In this document: piece by piece, positions 32,775 through 32,976 of the stretch
Position numbering within the stretch: position 1 is the stretch's first letter
Layout: every line of letters begins with the position of its first letter
NCBI GenBank assembly: GCA_938084645.1
Contig: CALKEP010000026.1
Span: 1 to 32,976 of the forward strand
Direction: 5' to 3'
Source: an uncultured Phycisphaerales bacterium
GTDB taxonomy: Bacteria; Planctomycetota; Phycisphaerae; Phycisphaerales; SM1A02
DNA: 32,976 bases
Position numbers and translations under genes: made by a program
The notes under the pieces: model-generated
The model's input: only the letters and a program-made list of their open reading frames with translations
Databases searched by the model: none
What the model was told of the DNA's origin: nothing

Positions 32775-32976
32775 GGGAGCCTTCCTTCCGGTCCGCGATG
32801 GCGGACGCTGCTGCAGCGACACCGGCGATCCGTTCCGATGGCGAGGCCGCGGATCCGCGGCCCGGGGAATCGCGCGAGGGCGCTTCTTCCGAGTCGGTCT
32901 TGCGATCCGATCCACGATCGGATTCGCGGGTGACCCGAACGGGTCGGTCGACGCTCGCCATGGGCGCCGACTCCCC
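32775..32976 (-). promoter_or_regulatory. Structured rpsB 5' leader, possibly an autoregulatory element (may be truncated by the window edge)
   Basis: About 200 nt non-coding with several hairpins (gaccc/gggtc, atccgatc/gatcggat, ggccgcg/cgcggcc, gtccgc/gcggac) and long-range complementarities. Confidence 0.45.

Noticed and set aside
1..32976. CRISPR arrays, tRNA/rRNA genes, transposases, integrases, prophage or defence genes
   Set aside because: I saw no regularly spaced direct repeats, cloverleaf or T-loop signatures, or mobile/defence protein motifs. Composition looks uniform and the gene content is core.

Overview
GC-rich (roughly two-thirds G+C), densely coding bacterial chromosome segment. 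The PVC-superphylum small basic protein (7658-7879) and the overall gene content point to a planctomycete, probably Phycisphaerae (inference). I can support about 37 CDSs, mostly core or housekeeping: recX, nth, moaE, moaB/mogA, acpS, a class I/II aminotransferase, pyrF, pyk, cinA, folK, two TlpA-type thioredoxin fusions, a single-domain response regulator, a STAS protein, kdsD/kpsF, scpA, recQ, dacB, tsf and rpsB, plus lipoproteins and hypotheticals. I saw no tRNA, rRNA, CRISPR array, IS or prophage, and no clear-cut novel multi-gene system. The best leads are: (1) a TANNNT -10 box exactly 6-7 nt before the ATG of 10 operon-first genes, implying widespread leaderless mRNAs and very compact divergent promoters; (2) a roughly 100-nt candidate sRNA at 11681-11782 (minus strand) with a -10 box, 5' hairpin, C/U-rich anti-SD-like seed and terminator; (3) an FtsN/DedD-like TM-SPOR protein beside the PVC signature protein, in a lineage that lacks FtsZ; (4) a sigma-4-like HTH-TM protein paired with a membrane-anchored PA14-like protein, divergent from dacB; (5) tandem LolA-like-TlpA fusions preceded by switch-like RNA structures. 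All family calls come from motif recognition by eye, not database searches.
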